Assembly (NCBI GenBank): GCA_964187785.1
Contig: OZ076409.1
Span: forward strand, 13,022,001 to 13,086,000
Direction of reading: 5' to 3'
DNA: 64,000 bases
Source: Amphiscolops sp. MND2022
Lineage: Eukaryota
The position numbers and the translations under genes were made by a program. The notes beneath the pieces are model-generated. The model did no database searches. It was not told the DNA's origin and saw only the letters and a program-made list of their open reading frames with translations. Positions 48,127 through 59,849 of the stretch are shown here, in pieces (within the stretch, counting starts at the first letter, position 1; every line of letters begins with the position of its first letter).

Positions 48127-48522
48127 TCATAAACTTTGGTAGTATAAATTTAAAACTGCATTTTTGAAGCCTATAATTTTTGTGAGATATAAAACATATA
48201 AACAATACGCTGCACAATAACTGTCGTCTTTCTGGATTTGATATTCTGAATAGATACCATTATTAATTTGTTTTGTTATATTTAGTGGTGGTGGACAGCA
48301 ATATGAATCAAAATAAAACTCGTTAACAAACATAACCCAATGTGTTCCTTTAGTTGGATGTAAGTTAACTATACCACTGGTGGTTATAAATTTATCATCT
48401 CTCATATATATTCCACAAGATGCGTTCATGAGTTTTAAGATTTCTTTTATTTCTACATTGGAAGTTGCTTCATTTTTTAATCTATATTTATCAACAAATT
48501 CTTTGAATGATAAATAATTCAT
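48127..48522 (-). CDS. Duplicate adenain-like protease (DSYG changed to DSYC)
   Basis: Differs from the first copy at two residues (N/K and G/C). Confidence 0.85.
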   Translation of the reverse strand: MNYLSFKEFVDKYRLKNEATSNVEIKEILKLMNASCGIYMRDDKFITTSGIVNLHPTKGTHWVMFVNEFYFDSYCCPPPLNITKQINNGIYSEYQIQKDDSYCAAYCLYVLYLTKIIGFKNAVLNLYYQSL

Positions 48523-48878
48523 TTAATAGTTATTTTTCCATGATTATATCTTGGTCAATGAATTTTCCATTGGAAAAACTTGTTCATTAATTTTTATTTT
48601 GTTAATTTTTTAGTTGTGAAAAAAGGCTAGTTTTTGATGATTTGCCTTGAAAAAATGCTAAATTTTAATGATTTTACGAGCTTAAATTTTTTTATTTTTT
48701 AATAGTGAAAAAACACCAATTTTATCGATTTTTTTTGAAAAAATGCTTAAATTTGATGGTTTGATTAACCTATCAAATTTTTTTAGTAGTGAAAAAACAC
48801 CAATTTTATCGATTTTTTTTGAAAAAATGGCTAAATTTGATGATTTGGCTGGTCCGAATCGGGAATTCGCATACTACT

Positions 48879-49870
48879 CAAGGCTATCAAATTTCCAGGT
48901 CCTTTTCCAGATTGTGATGTTACATTTAGGTAATTTAGGGTTTATGCCTCTCACAATCTGAGAAAACCCGTCTTTATTCGAAAGACAATTTCTCACAAAT
49001 GACCGATATTTGATTAGCGTTGTATCGAACAGGTCCCATGAACGATCAGATTTCAGCTTCAGGAACATCTCGGCCAGTACTGCGTTGTGTCGCAGATTCA
49101 GTTTCACCACGGGCTTTCAGCAGTGTTTTTCATTCCAATTCCGTAATTTTCTGCTATGGATTGAAAATGTTCATAGTCAAACTCGCCCCTATTATCCGTT
49201 ATTATTTTCAAGGGCACTCCAGAATTCCAAATCCATTGTGATATAAAAGTTAATAAAAGTGTTTGGCGTTTTATTTATAATAACCGCACGGCCATATTTT
49301 GAAAATAGATCAGTGAAATGTATGTAGTATACATTTGGATCTAGTTGATCAAGGTCCATAGCTACAACTTCATTGAAGTCATATTTTCCTGCTACCTTGA
49401 AAACAATAGGTAACAATTTGTTTAAAAAAAAAACAAAAAATGACGTGAAAACTAAAGTGAATGGCCATTTTTTCAGCATTGAGATAAACTCAGGTCTGGT
49501 ATCAAAATCCAAAAAAAGCTTTTCCTGACATTAACTCGGAACATTCGAACTTTTCAGTTGGATACAATAAAGATCAAAAGAACTTTTTGCTCTGTCCAAT
49601 TTTGGGAAGTGTTTACAAACAGCTTTCAGTGGTTAACTTGTCACACGAGTTCGCAATGAAACAGCCTTAGATTCTGGCAAGATCCCGCAGCTTCCGGGTC
49701 ATCCCCGACGAGAATGCGACAATTCCCGTTCCCTACTTACAGTTGGAAGCGAAAAACAGCCGTCACCCGAAAACCCAGTTACGCGCACATGAACGGTGCG
49801 GTTATCCATCAGCCGAATCCCCATAATGTCTTTTAAAATTTCTTTCTCGGCTTTCTTCGTCGCAAGTTTG
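48879..49870 (-). mobile_element. Old GalEa-like Copia remnant (integrase core and gag fragment), right of the Polinton
   Basis: DFNEVVAMDL...YYIHFTDLFSKY, TDNRGEF and RHNAVLAEMFLKL align by eye with the intact element's integrase. Confidence 0.75.
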
Positions 49871-51236
49871 TTTTTCCTACATGTTTTTCCACATCAATTG
49901 ATCCATTGCGGTCACCAACAGCCACTGCGACCCAGTACCGCACAGCGTGAGGTCTTGTTTTCGTAGAAACCGGTACCACCTTGAGTACGAAAACCTCCAA
50001 ATTTTCTTGATTTGAATCGTTGATCGTGTAACCCTGCGACCCATTCTCAAACCTATGACCTCGAGATTTATCATTTGGGGTTATGATGTAGGCGACAACC
50101 AAGATGAATCACTTGAAGATGATTTGGAAAAACTCGAAGAGAAGCTAGAGCTACTACTTGGAAATGAGAAAGTTACCGTCGAGATGACTGATATGGCTAT
50201 TAGAACAAAAAATCTGCAAGACAAATCGATCCTAATCTGTTTCGAAAAATGAAAATCATTTCAGCCGTTGGCTCTTCCCGTCTCGAAAAATTTGAATGAA
50301 TAAAACATGGAAGAAAAGTTATTTTAATTTTCAATGCAGTTGAATGCAAAACACGTCAACGAGGCAATTCTTAAGGAAAGGAAACTTGCTATTCATCTGA
50401 GGTAATACAGCAAGGTCTGATGACAGTACAGGGAAAGATGTCTTTGGTTGACTTGATAGGACTTGATAAGGACAGCTAATGTATTGAAGAAGTTGAAGTT
50501 TTCATTTATTGAGAAAATATTTAGAAACTTGAAGAGAATAAAGCAAACTAATGAAGGTTAATTTATTCTGATGAAATACATTGATTCATAATATGAACGT
50601 ACTAGAGGAAGCTCAAATATACATACCAGAGGCAAGATTGAAAGATGGGCAGATGGATAATTTTCGGAGACAAAACTGAAATAGAGTTGAATCCTATCCA
50701 CTAAAATAATATTACTTCACAAGTAAGAAAACGCACCTGTGCTTACACACGCCTTTAAGGTGAAGAGGTTGGTGCTATTGACTGCAGAGAACAATGATCT
50801 CGTTCCAATTGCTTAATCGGCGTCCACCCGGCGGAATTAGGAAATAATTTTTCGTCATCTAACTAGCGTTGATCTTTCTAACTTGATCTTTGCTGAAATG
50901 AATTTTTGGTTATGACGTTTTTAGGTTATAACTTTTGATCTTTGGTGATATAGTAGTAGTAGTAGATTCAAGTCATATTGGGTTATTTTTCATCTGTTTC
51001 CAAGTCAAATGCAGTTCCTGCCTTGCATGTTTTTAAAACTTTCAGTTTTTGAGCCTTAAGTATAGCGCCGACTTTGAACGTGCTCTTCTTGAAATTTTAG
51101 ATGTTATTTCCCGGTGGACCTTAAGACCTTGATCCCTAGACGTTTTGCCGCATCTATTTCTAATTGATTCTGGTAACTTTCATGGCAACTTATCAATGAC
51201 GAATGTCACCTTGTGCCTAACAAAAACGTGTTCGAG

Positions 51237-51540
51237 ATGATAATGGCCATGAAGTCAATTTCCAAATTGTCCAGAGTTTGTCACTTGTGTTCTATTAGAA
51301 CGCTCTCTAAACTTACAGCCAGTGAACAGGCGATGAGCAGTTCTCAGCCTACATCAGTGAAGAATAACATTGCTCACTATGATCATGTGTCCAAACTTCC
51401 TATGCCTTTGCCTGATTTTGAGAAAATGGACTACGACGTTAGCCAAGAAGATTTCACATTCGTACTAGATTATCTACCGAAGGCTCTCAAACCTATTTCT
51501 CCCAGTACTGTTACCGAACATCCTAGTTGTTGGGGTCCAG
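51237..51540 (+). pseudogene. MRPL49: Duplicate MRPL49 exon 1 (copy B), open but with SGWVP changed to SCWGP and donor GTAAGC
   Basis: Near-identical to 31498-31801. Whether it is functional cannot be decided from sequence. Confidence 0.6.
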
Positions 51541-53362
51541 GTAAGCTGTTTTTATTCCCAAAAGGTTAACTTTTTATCCATTTTGGAAAATGTCTGGTGT
51601 CTTTTCCACTATCAAGCTGGTAACACCGAGTTAGCAAACTGCAAGACAGCTGGCAACTGAATTTTATCACGTGTTTCATGTGTATAATTTTTTATTGTTT
51701 ACATCCAGGACATGTTTCTGACATGCGTACGCCTACAATTTGTTGGCGTTGCATTGTACAGTCGAACTCGGATCAAAGAAGGCAAAAGAAACATTTGAAT
51801 ATAAGAAACGTTTTCACCCCTTCGCTTTTATGCAAGACAAACTTTCTATGCTTTCCTATGCTAGATAGGACAACTGATAAAAGAAACTCTTCTTACCACC
51901 CTCTGAGTTTCTTTTATCCGAGTTCGATTGTAATTGATTGTGCGTCTTTAAGTAAAGAGGCCCAGCTATAAGTTTTGATAATCCTGAAAAAGTAATACTT
52001 TGTCTACAACAAATTTTGATTAAAATAATGCATTATTCAAAAAATTATCTCTACAGCTTTGTTTCAATTATGTGTGAAAAATTTGAAAAAAAAATGAAAT
52101 CAGACAGAGGATCTTTTTATTGAAACTAGTTGCATTATATGCATTATAAAATGGTCTTTTCCAATTGAAAATTCACGTTGTTAACGTTTAAATGAGTTAT
52201 TTCAACTCATAAAAGTTAGGTAAATCAACATTATACAAATACACGAACTTCATATTGGATTCAAATTCATTTTTTGGCCAGAAGCATCAGAAGGGTACCG
52301 TGAAGGTAAAGACTCGATTTGCCTAACGACCATTTTCCAGTAGTTTTTTAAAATTTGATTCGAACTTTTGATTTTTATCAAACTCTCAACAGATTTCCAA
52401 GAGCTCATTTTTCTCACTAAAGCCTCTAAGGAGTCACCCTATAGAGTAGATTCTCATTTTTCTCACTAAAGCCTCTAAGGAGTCACCCTATAGAGTAGAT
52501 TCTTTCTGCGCTCTTTGTCCTTAGAACTTGGATAACATGTCCGCCTTGTTTGACCAATACATTTGTACCATCCACTGTCCCGGGACCTTTCCATTCATCA
52601 ATACCTTGTTGCTTGTTAAACACGTTATTCCCAGTCTATAAACTGTCTGATTCTATCTGAATTTTCAACCTGGCTGTAGGCGTCTCGCATTTTATGCAAG
52701 GCTATCAAATTTCCAGGTCTTTTTCCAGATCGTGATGTTGCATTCAGGTAATTTAGGGTTTATGCCTCTCACAATCTGTGAAAACCCGCCCTTATTCGAA
52801 AGACAATTTCTCACATATAACCGATATTTCATTAGCGTTGTATCGAGCAGGTCCCATGAACGATCGGATTTCAGCTTCAGAAATATCTCGGTCAGTACTG
52901 CGTTGTGTCGCAGATTCAGTTTCACCACGGGCTTTCAGCAGTGTTTTTTATTCCAATTCCGTAATTTTCTGCCATGGATTGAAATGTTCATAGTCAAACT
53001 CGCCCCTATTATCCGTTAGTGTGTTCAAGGGCACTCCAGAATCACAAATCCATTGTGATATAAAAGTTGATAATAGTGTTTGGCGTTTTATCATTGATAA
53101 TAACCGCACGGTCATATTTTGAAAATAGATCAGTGAAATGTATGTAGTATACGTATACATTTGGATCTAGTTGACGAATGTCCATATCTACAACTTCATT
53201 GAAGTCATTTTTCTGCTACCATGAAAACAATAGGTAACAATTTGTTCGAAAAAAAAACGAAATTTGACGTGAAAACTAAAGTAAATGACCATTTTTTCAG
53301 CATTGAGATAAACTCAGGTCTGGTATCAAAATCCAAAAAAGCTTTTCTTGACATTAACTCGA

Positions 53363-53449
53363 TGAAAAACTGTAATACTTCAACAGACTATATTAAAAAC
53401 CCCACCGGACATTACATCTAGAAACACATAAACATTATATATTGTCACA
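53363..53449 (-). repeat. Copia 3' LTR (87 bp)
   Basis: Identical to 58150-58236. Confidence 0.95.
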
Positions 53450-53731
53450 ATCACACTCTAATTCATTTGTTTAGCTATAGATGAATCTATGGCGTCAGAC
53501 AGCACATGTATAATGAACAAACAAATTGGCAGTAGATAGTTCACCTATATTGGCGCGAGTTGCAGAGGTAGTGATTGAGAGCAATTGAATTGCAGGCGTA
53601 CATGTAAGGACATGTAGTACCTGTCACGTGATACGCCAATCATCTACGTGGTCGTAGGTGTGAAATATGAATGAATTACGTCATCCCACAATAATTCAAG
53701 CAAATGATAGACACTTCTAATTGTTGAAATA

Positions 53732-56700
53732 CTATACAGAGGCACCAAATACATCTCGCAGAATACCAGGAAAATGACTATTGAATGCGCAGGTCTGCAG
53801 GACGACTTCTAGGTAATTTGACACTTTTGTGGCCCGTTTTGTCAAACAATCCGCCAACTGGTAATCAGTTGGAACCCACCTCAGCGATAAAATACCAGAC
53901 GTAATCAAGGACTTCAAATAACTTATTTCCACCCGCAGCGTTTTTTCACTGATTTTGCTGTTAGAGACAGCAGCGGCCACTAATGATTTCGAGTCAGATA
54001 AACAAATAATGGATAATTTCCTCTGTAAAATAGATTCAGTCGTCTTCTGAATAGAAAGTGCGGCATCAATTGCTTCAGTTGCCGCAAGGGTTTCGGCACA
54101 TAGAGTGCTTCTTGCGACACGCTTTAATTTGTGGGATCGCCAAGATATTAGTGTTGCCGGAAAAGAGTCTCTCGATGAAAAATCCACAAGAAACACTAAA
54201 TATCCAGCCTGCGTTGTTCCATCCGCATTATTGCCCAGTGACGCATCCGCAAAGCATACAAGCTTCCAATTTGCAAAATCGCCAGTCAAATTCCCAGATC
54301 GTAGCCTACATCCTGACTGACTTCTGAGCTGTCGTACCACTTTGTTCAGAATCAGAATCTCAGATACCGTAAGGGAGGATAGTTTTGACGATACTTCTGC
54401 CACACTGTAAGCAATGAGCGGACTTGTTTGAACAGCTACCCACAGTAGCTGTCCTATGAGAGCCCTAGCATAACCAATGTACTCAAACGGCACCAGTTCG
54501 TCTTTGGGGCGCGATAATAGGTCAGCGACGGGTATTTCTGATAAGCAGTCCAAGTAATCCGTCAATTCGAATCCCGCCCAGTTTTCCTTGAGGGTTCCCA
54601 TCGTTACTCCAAGGTATTTGCAAGGAAGATTAGCGGTTTCCTTGACCAAAAACACATTATGTATGTGCTTTATAACAGATTCCTTGAATTTCTGACTACC
54701 AGCCCACCAAATATCGTCAACGTGAATAGTCAAAAAACCGCTTACAACTTGATCTTCATGATGTACAAAAACACATTCGTCGCCATCGGTTTGAGTACAT
54801 CCTGACTTGATCAGTTCGGATTTGATTCTCTCAAACCATTTCCGTGGAGCATCTGATAGACCATATACGGCCTTCTTCAATTTCCATATACAGTCGGTTC
54901 CGGATTCTTTTGGAGGCTTCAGAAAGACATCGCGGTTGAGAAAATCTCCTTGTAAAAATGCAGTTTTGATATCCAAAACTCCAGTGAACCAGGTCTTGTT
55001 GGCATTGAGAATTGGCATCAGCGCTCGTACTGAGTCTCTAGAACATGTTGGTGAATCCTTTACCAGTGTTTCGATATCAGCATCCTGGTATCCTTTAGCC
55101 ACCAGTCTGGCCTTTTTCAAGCCATCTTTTGATGTACATACCCAGCGCGTCGTTATAACCTTCTGGCCGGTATTTTCGACAACTTCATACACATCAAAAC
55201 GCAGCCAATTCTGCAACTCACTCAGCTTCTCAGCAATAAATTCATCCGATTCATTTGTGACAAAGGTGTTATCCGTGATCAACGCAATCTCTGATTCACT
55301 CACAATTTCAACGCCTTTCGATACATCAATCGATCCCCTCGTGCCCAATAAATCCCCCGGTTTCAAGTACTCAATATTGAACCAATGACAGTGTTTTCCA
55401 TTTGCTTTTCCAGCACGACTCAAGACCCGAGCTTCAGCTGTCTCTTCAGCATCTTCGTGATAAAAACGAATCACCTTACCAGGTTTGATATCACTTGCAT
55501 TTGGCGTACTCACTGTAGTCACAACTTCTTCTAGTACAGTCTGTGTCGCAGATTTGTCTCGGGAATCAGACTCGGCGCCATCCTCAAGACACGCTTGATT
55601 GTTTTGGCAGACCAACGAATCCACGTTCGTACTCCCATTGGTAATCTCGCTAGAACTCTCATCTGGATTAGAGGTTTCGGGTGCATCAAGGAAATTTTCA
55701 CCCGAATCAATTGGCACTCCGGGACGGTCTCTGGAAGGTTTTTCACTGCGATCGTCATGCTCCAATCGTAAGAAAGGATCTTCTGCTGGTGATCGGCGAA
55801 CATGAATAGAATGTGCTCTGTAAACTTGCCCTCCATGTCTGACAATGATTATTTTCCCATCTTGACCAAGTACACGAGCTGGACCAAACCACTTGTCTTT
55901 ATTTTGTCGCTTGTAATAAACTGTCTGCCCTGGATGAAAAGGACCCTCATCCGAGATAACCCGGGTTGACAACGCCTTTTTGATCCTTGTGGAAAATTCC
56001 AATTCGGCATATCTCGATCTAGCCTTTGACAACATTGTCAAATGGTTTGCCACGTATTTCGAAACAGTGACATTCTCCAGGGCTGCCGGTGATGCATTCA
56101 TGACTGACGGCAAAGATGGACTTTTACCATACACGAGTTGGTAAGGCGAGAACCCTTCGTTATTGTGTAACACGTTCTTCGCGAATACTGCCTGTTGGAG
56201 GAGAATCTGGGAATCGATGTCAGAACTATCTTCTGACAACTTTTTGAACATTTCCGTTATAATGCCGTTATGTCTCTCGCAAATTCCATTGGAGAACGGT
56301 GACTCGGCGGCGGTTGTAATATGCAAAATCCCGAAAATATCACAACAAGATTGCATAGAGTTATTGACGAATTCACCTCCGTTGTCCGTCAGAAGCTGTT
56401 CGGGCACCCCAAAAACGAAGATCCAATACTCTAACAGAAATCTAATGATGGTTTCGGGTTTCTTGTCATATATTATACGACAGACACTAAAACGCGTGAA
56501 TGAGTCAATAATGTGGATATACCACGATGGTGCAGTCGCTTTGGACAATTGGTGTAAATCGATACATACTGTTTGATTGAAGTCACTGCTCATTGGGGCC
56601 GACACCTTGGGTTTACACTTCACACGCCCGTAACGAATACATACTTCACACGAATCTGTAACTTTCTCTACGCATTTTCGCAGACTTCTCTCATCATGAC

Positions 56701-58138
56701 CTGCAGTTTTAAGAAGACCAATCATTTTTTCAGTCTTGCAATGCCCAAACTGCTTGTGTAACTTGGCTATATTTTCAGTAGTCAGACTGGACATTGCGTA
56801 CTGGATTTGATTGTTTGGAACGGCATCAGGAATAATTTGACATGCCAGGTGACCAGTACTCAAAACAGTCAGTTCATGCCAATTTTCTCGTGTTCCCAAA
56901 ACAAATGATTTCTGGTCAAAATCCACACACATTTTTGCTCTTGCCATGCTTTTAACGCTCAATAAAAGAGGGAGACATCCGTCCACAATTTCGCACTCCA
57001 AATAGCAATCTAGATCTCCTAATTGCACAGGCAGTGACACTGTAAACAGGCACTTGGTCACCTTTCCATCGCCAAAGATGATAGTTGCGCTACTAACTCT
57101 CTTCTGCACGTTTTTCCGTCTCGCAACGGGCATCATTTTTAGATATTCATAAAACCACTGACTTCCAGCGACTGTACGTGTGCATGCGCAGTCGAATATG
57201 CACATTCCTCTGGATTCAGCAGACAATCCAGCACATGTACTTGCAAACGTCAGATAGATGCTGTCTGTTGCAGGTCCTGATGGATCTGTACATGAATACT
57301 CACAGAACTCCGCAGTCTCGCTAGGTGCGCTTTTTTTTTGATATTTTCTTCCAGGTTCAGAATTCCCATCGGGGCAATCTCGAGCATAATGGAACCTGGA
57401 ACCGCAATTCCGACACGTTGACACTCTGCCATGTCTATCGGTTGGATTCGTTCCTCTAACATCACTTCCTCGTCGATTTCCGCGACCACTTCGAGGTACC
57501 CATGTTCCTCGATACCTGGATGCCAAAAAAGCAGCATCTGCACCTTCATGGTTCTGATCAAGAGCTGTGAATGCTGGCTCGCATTTCACTTCGCTTGTCC
57601 CAGCTTGCTCTGTGCGATCCTCTCCTTTTGCAGAATAGATTCGTCGTAGCGCTGTTTTCATTTCGGAATATGCCATCTTGGTTGACGTTGCAAGCACCAG
57701 CTGCTGTTCCTTTGTTTCCAAATCTGCACAGTAAAGAAGTTTGCAGGCCAAGATATTATCTGGCATTTTCAATCCACATTTCTCCAGGTTTGCTGCCCGT
57801 GTCTCGAATTCGATTGTGTAATCGACCATACTTAAGGTTCCTCTTCGTATTTTCTCGAACCTCTCATATGCTTCGTACATCTGGTCACTTTTATCTCGGC
57901 CAAACACCGACTCGAGCTTCTGTAAAACTTTTGTAAAGCCGTCTGCACCTTTGACTTCAGCTTGGTCCAACTTCATAACAACAGAACGTCTATATCCAGA
58001 TAAGGACAATGCAACCGCAGGTCCAATCTGCTCAGGTTTCAAATCCGTCAAACTCGTCCACAGTTCCATTTCAGCCTTCCAGGACTCGAAACTTTGATCA
58101 TCCTCCCATCGCGGTGGGGCTTTATACGATGCTGTCAT
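53732..58138 (-). CDS. Copia gag-pol polyprotein (1468 aa)
   Basis: CRNCGSRFHYARDC, protease FDCACT, LHKQFGH...CEVC, integrase D/TDNGGEF/ERHN, RT KARLVAKG, DIKTAFLQG, HVDD, RNase H FADAS...AETLA...QLADCLTK. Order PR-INT-RT-RH. Confidence 0.97.
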   Translation of the reverse strand: MTASYKAPPRWEDDQSFESWKAEMELWTSLTDLKPEQIGPAVALSLSGYRRSVVMKLDQAEVKGADGFTKVLQKLESVFGRDKSDQMYEAYERFEKIRRGTLSMVDYTIEFETRAANLEKCGLKMPDNILACKLLYCADLETKEQQLVLATSTKMAYSEMKTALRRIYSAKGEDRTEQAGTSEVKCEPAFTALDQNHEGADAAFLASRYRGTWVPRSGRGNRRGSDVRGTNPTDRHGRVSTCRNCGSRFHYARDCPDGNSEPGRKYQKKSAPSETAEFCEYSCTDPSGPATDSIYLTFASTCAGLSAESRGMCIFDCACTRTVAGSQWFYEYLKMMPVARRKNVQKRVSSATIIFGDGKVTKCLFTVSLPVQLGDLDCYLECEIVDGCLPLLLSVKSMARAKMCVDFDQKSFVLGTRENWHELTVLSTGHLACQIIPDAVPNNQIQYAMSSLTTENIAKLHKQFGHCKTEKMIGLLKTAGHDERSLRKCVEKVTDSCEVCIRYGRVKCKPKVSAPMSSDFNQTVCIDLHQLSKATAPSWYIHIIDSFTRFSVCRIIYDKKPETIIRFLLEYWIFVFGVPEQLLTDNGGEFVNNSMQSCCDIFGILHITTAAESPFSNGICERHNGIITEMFKKLSEDSSDIDSQILLQQAVFAKNVLHNNEGFSPYQLVYGKSPSLPSVMNASPAALENVTVSKYVANHLTMLSKARSRYAELEFSTRIKKALSTRVISDEGPFHPGQTVYYKRQNKDKWFGPARVLGQDGKIIIVRHGGQVYRAHSIHVRRSPAEDPFLRLEHDDRSEKPSRDRPGVPIDSGENFLDAPETSNPDESSSEITNGSTNVDSLVCQNNQACLEDGAESDSRDKSATQTVLEEVVTTVSTPNASDIKPGKVIRFYHEDAEETAEARVLSRAGKANGKHCHWFNIEYLKPGDLLGTRGSIDVSKGVEIVSESEIALITDNTFVTNESDEFIAEKLSELQNWLRFDVYEVVENTGQKVITTRWVCTSKDGLKKARLVAKGYQDADIETLVKDSPTCSRDSVRALMPILNANKTWFTGVLDIKTAFLQGDFLNRDVFLKPPKESGTDCIWKLKKAVYGLSDAPRKWFERIKSELIKSGCTQTDGDECVFVHHEDQVVSGFLTIHVDDIWWAGSQKFKESVIKHIHNVFLVKETANLPCKYLGVTMGTLKENWAGFELTDYLDCLSEIPVADLLSRPKDELVPFEYIGYARALIGQLLWVAVQTSPLIAYSVAEVSSKLSSLTVSEILILNKVVRQLRSQSGCRLRSGNLTGDFANWKLVCFADASLGNNADGTTQAGYLVFLVDFSSRDSFPATLISWRSHKLKRVARSTLCAETLAATEAIDAALSIQKTTESILQRKLSIICLSDSKSLVAAAVSNSKISEKTLRVEISYLKSLITSGILSLRWVPTDYQLADCLTKRATKVSNYLEVVLQTCAFNSHFPGILRDVFGASV

Positions 58139-58148
58139 CCTGCTACCA
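58136..58148 (-). promoter_or_regulatory. PBS complementary to initiator tRNA-Met, overlapping the gag ATG
   Basis: TGGTAGCAGGATG, compared with the tRNA-iMet 3' complement TGGTAGCAGAGGATG. Confidence 0.8.
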
Positions 58149-58149
58149 A

Positions 58150-58236
58150 TGAAAAACTGTAATACTTCAACAGACTATATTAAAAACCCCACCGGACATT
58201 ACATCTAGAAACACATAAACATTATATATTGTCACA
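58150..58236 (-). repeat. Copia 5' LTR (87 bp)
   Basis: Identical to 53363-53449; adjacent to the PBS. Confidence 0.95.
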
Positions 58237-59849
58237 CTCGAAACCTTCGAAATTTTAAGTTGGATACAATAAAGGTCAAAAGAACGGTTAGCTCTGTCCA
58301 ATTTCGGGAAGTATTTACAAACAGCTTACAGTTGTTAACTTGTCACACGAGCTCGCAATAAAACAGCCTTAGGTTCTGGCAAGATCCCACAGCTTCCGGG
58401 TCATCCCCGACGAGAATGCGACAATGCCTATTCCCTACGTGCAGTTGGACGCGAAAAACAATCGTCGCCCGAAAACCCAGTTACGCGCACATGAACGGTG
58501 CGGTGATCCATCAGCCGGATCCCCATAATGTCTTTTAAATTTTTTTCTCGGCTTTCTTCGTCGCAAGTTTGTTCTTCCTACATGTTTTTCCACACCAATT
58601 GATCCATTGTGGTCACCAACAGCCACTGCGACCCAGTACCGCACAGCGTGAGGTCTTGTTTTCGTAGAAACCGGTACCACCTTAAGTGCGAAAACCTCCA
58701 AATTTTCTTGATTTGAATCGTTGATCGTGTCACCCTGCGACCCATTCTCAAACCTATGACCTCGAGATTTATCATTTGGGGTTATGATGTAGGCGACAAC
58801 CAAGATGAATCACTTGAAGATGATTTGGAAAAACTCGAAGAGAAGCTAGAGCTACTACTTGGAAATGAGAAAGTTACCGTCGAGATGACTGATATGGCTA
58901 TTAGAACAAAAAATCTGCAAGACAAATCGATCCTAATCTGTTTCGAAAAATGAAAATCATTTCAGCCGTTGGCTCTTCCCGTCTCGAAAAATTTGTATGA
59001 ATAAAACATGGAAGAAAAGTTATTTTAATTTTCAATGCAGTTGAATGCAAAACACGTCAACGAGGCAATTCGTAAGGAAAGGAAACTTGCTATTCATCTG
59101 AGGTAATACAGCAAGGTCTGATGACAGTACAGGGAAAGATGTCTTTGGTTGACTTGATAGGACTTGATAAGGACAGCTAATGTATTGAAGAAGTTGAAGT
59201 TTTCATTTATTGAGAAAATATTTAGAAACTTGAAGAGAATAAAGCAAACTGATGAATGTTAATTTATTCCGATGAAATACATTGATTCATAATATGAACG
59301 TACTAGAGGAAACTCAAATATACCAGAGGCAAGATTGAAAGATGGTCAGATTCATAATTTTCGGAGACAAAACTGAAATCGAGTTGGATCCTATCCACTA
59401 GAATAATATTACTTCACAAGTAAGAAAACGCACCTGTGATTTACACGCGCCTTTAAGGTGAAGAGTTGCTGCTAACGACTGCAGAGAACAATGATCTCGT
59501 TCCAATTGCTTATTCGGCGTCCACCCCGCGGAATTGGGGAAATGATTTTTCGTCATCTAAATAGCTTGGATCTTTCTAACTTGATCTTTGCTGAAAGGCA
59601 TTTTTGGTTATGACGTTTTTAGGTTATAACTTTTGATTTTTGGTGACATAGAAGGGTTACGGAGTACATCGTTTCACGTCAAGACGATGTCCTAAACGTT
59701 TCAGACACAGCAAAATTTCCAAAAACGTTGCACTAAACAATCCTGTTGGATTTTTGCTCCTGCCGAATTTTCTGGAAAACCCAATTATCACATTTGAAAG
59801 AATTTTAATTGCATTTTTGTTCACCTTAATATGCGATTAATCTTTTCAG

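Larger units (their letters stand above)
46770..49297. repeat. Tandem duplicate of ~44242-46769 (penton, small ORF, protease, right TIR, 0.42 kb flank)
   Basis: Offset 2527-2528 bp; near identical with a few substitutions; second TIR ends at 48878 followed by CAAGGC. Confidence 0.95.
31268..50953 (+). repeat. Tandem segmental duplication copy A (~3.8 kb once the Polinton is removed)
   Basis: 31268-32991 joined to 48885-50953 is colinear with copy B. Confidence 0.9.
53363..58236 (-). mobile_element. Intact Ty1/Copia LTR retrotransposon, GalEa-like
   Basis: Identical 87-bp LTRs (TG...CA), perfect 5-bp TSD CTCGA (53358-53362 and 58237-58241), PBS TGGTAGCAG and a single ORF. Confidence 0.97.
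50966..59651 (+). repeat. Tandem segmental duplication copy B (~3.8 kb once the Copia is removed)
   Basis: 50966-53362 joined to 58242-59651 is colinear with copy A; (TAG)5 at the A/B junction. Confidence 0.9.

Noticed and set aside
50055..50252. 65-aa ORF identical in both duplication copies (also 58756-58953)
   Set aside because: Identity is explained by the duplication; it resembles a LINE ORF1 scrap and has no splice or motif support.
52404..52502. 49-bp tandem duplication unique to copy B
   Set aside because: Ordinary slippage event in decayed TE sequence.
54058..57936. Several plus-strand ORFs opposite the Copia polyprotein
   Set aside because: Shadow ORFs of a long coding frame; no motifs.
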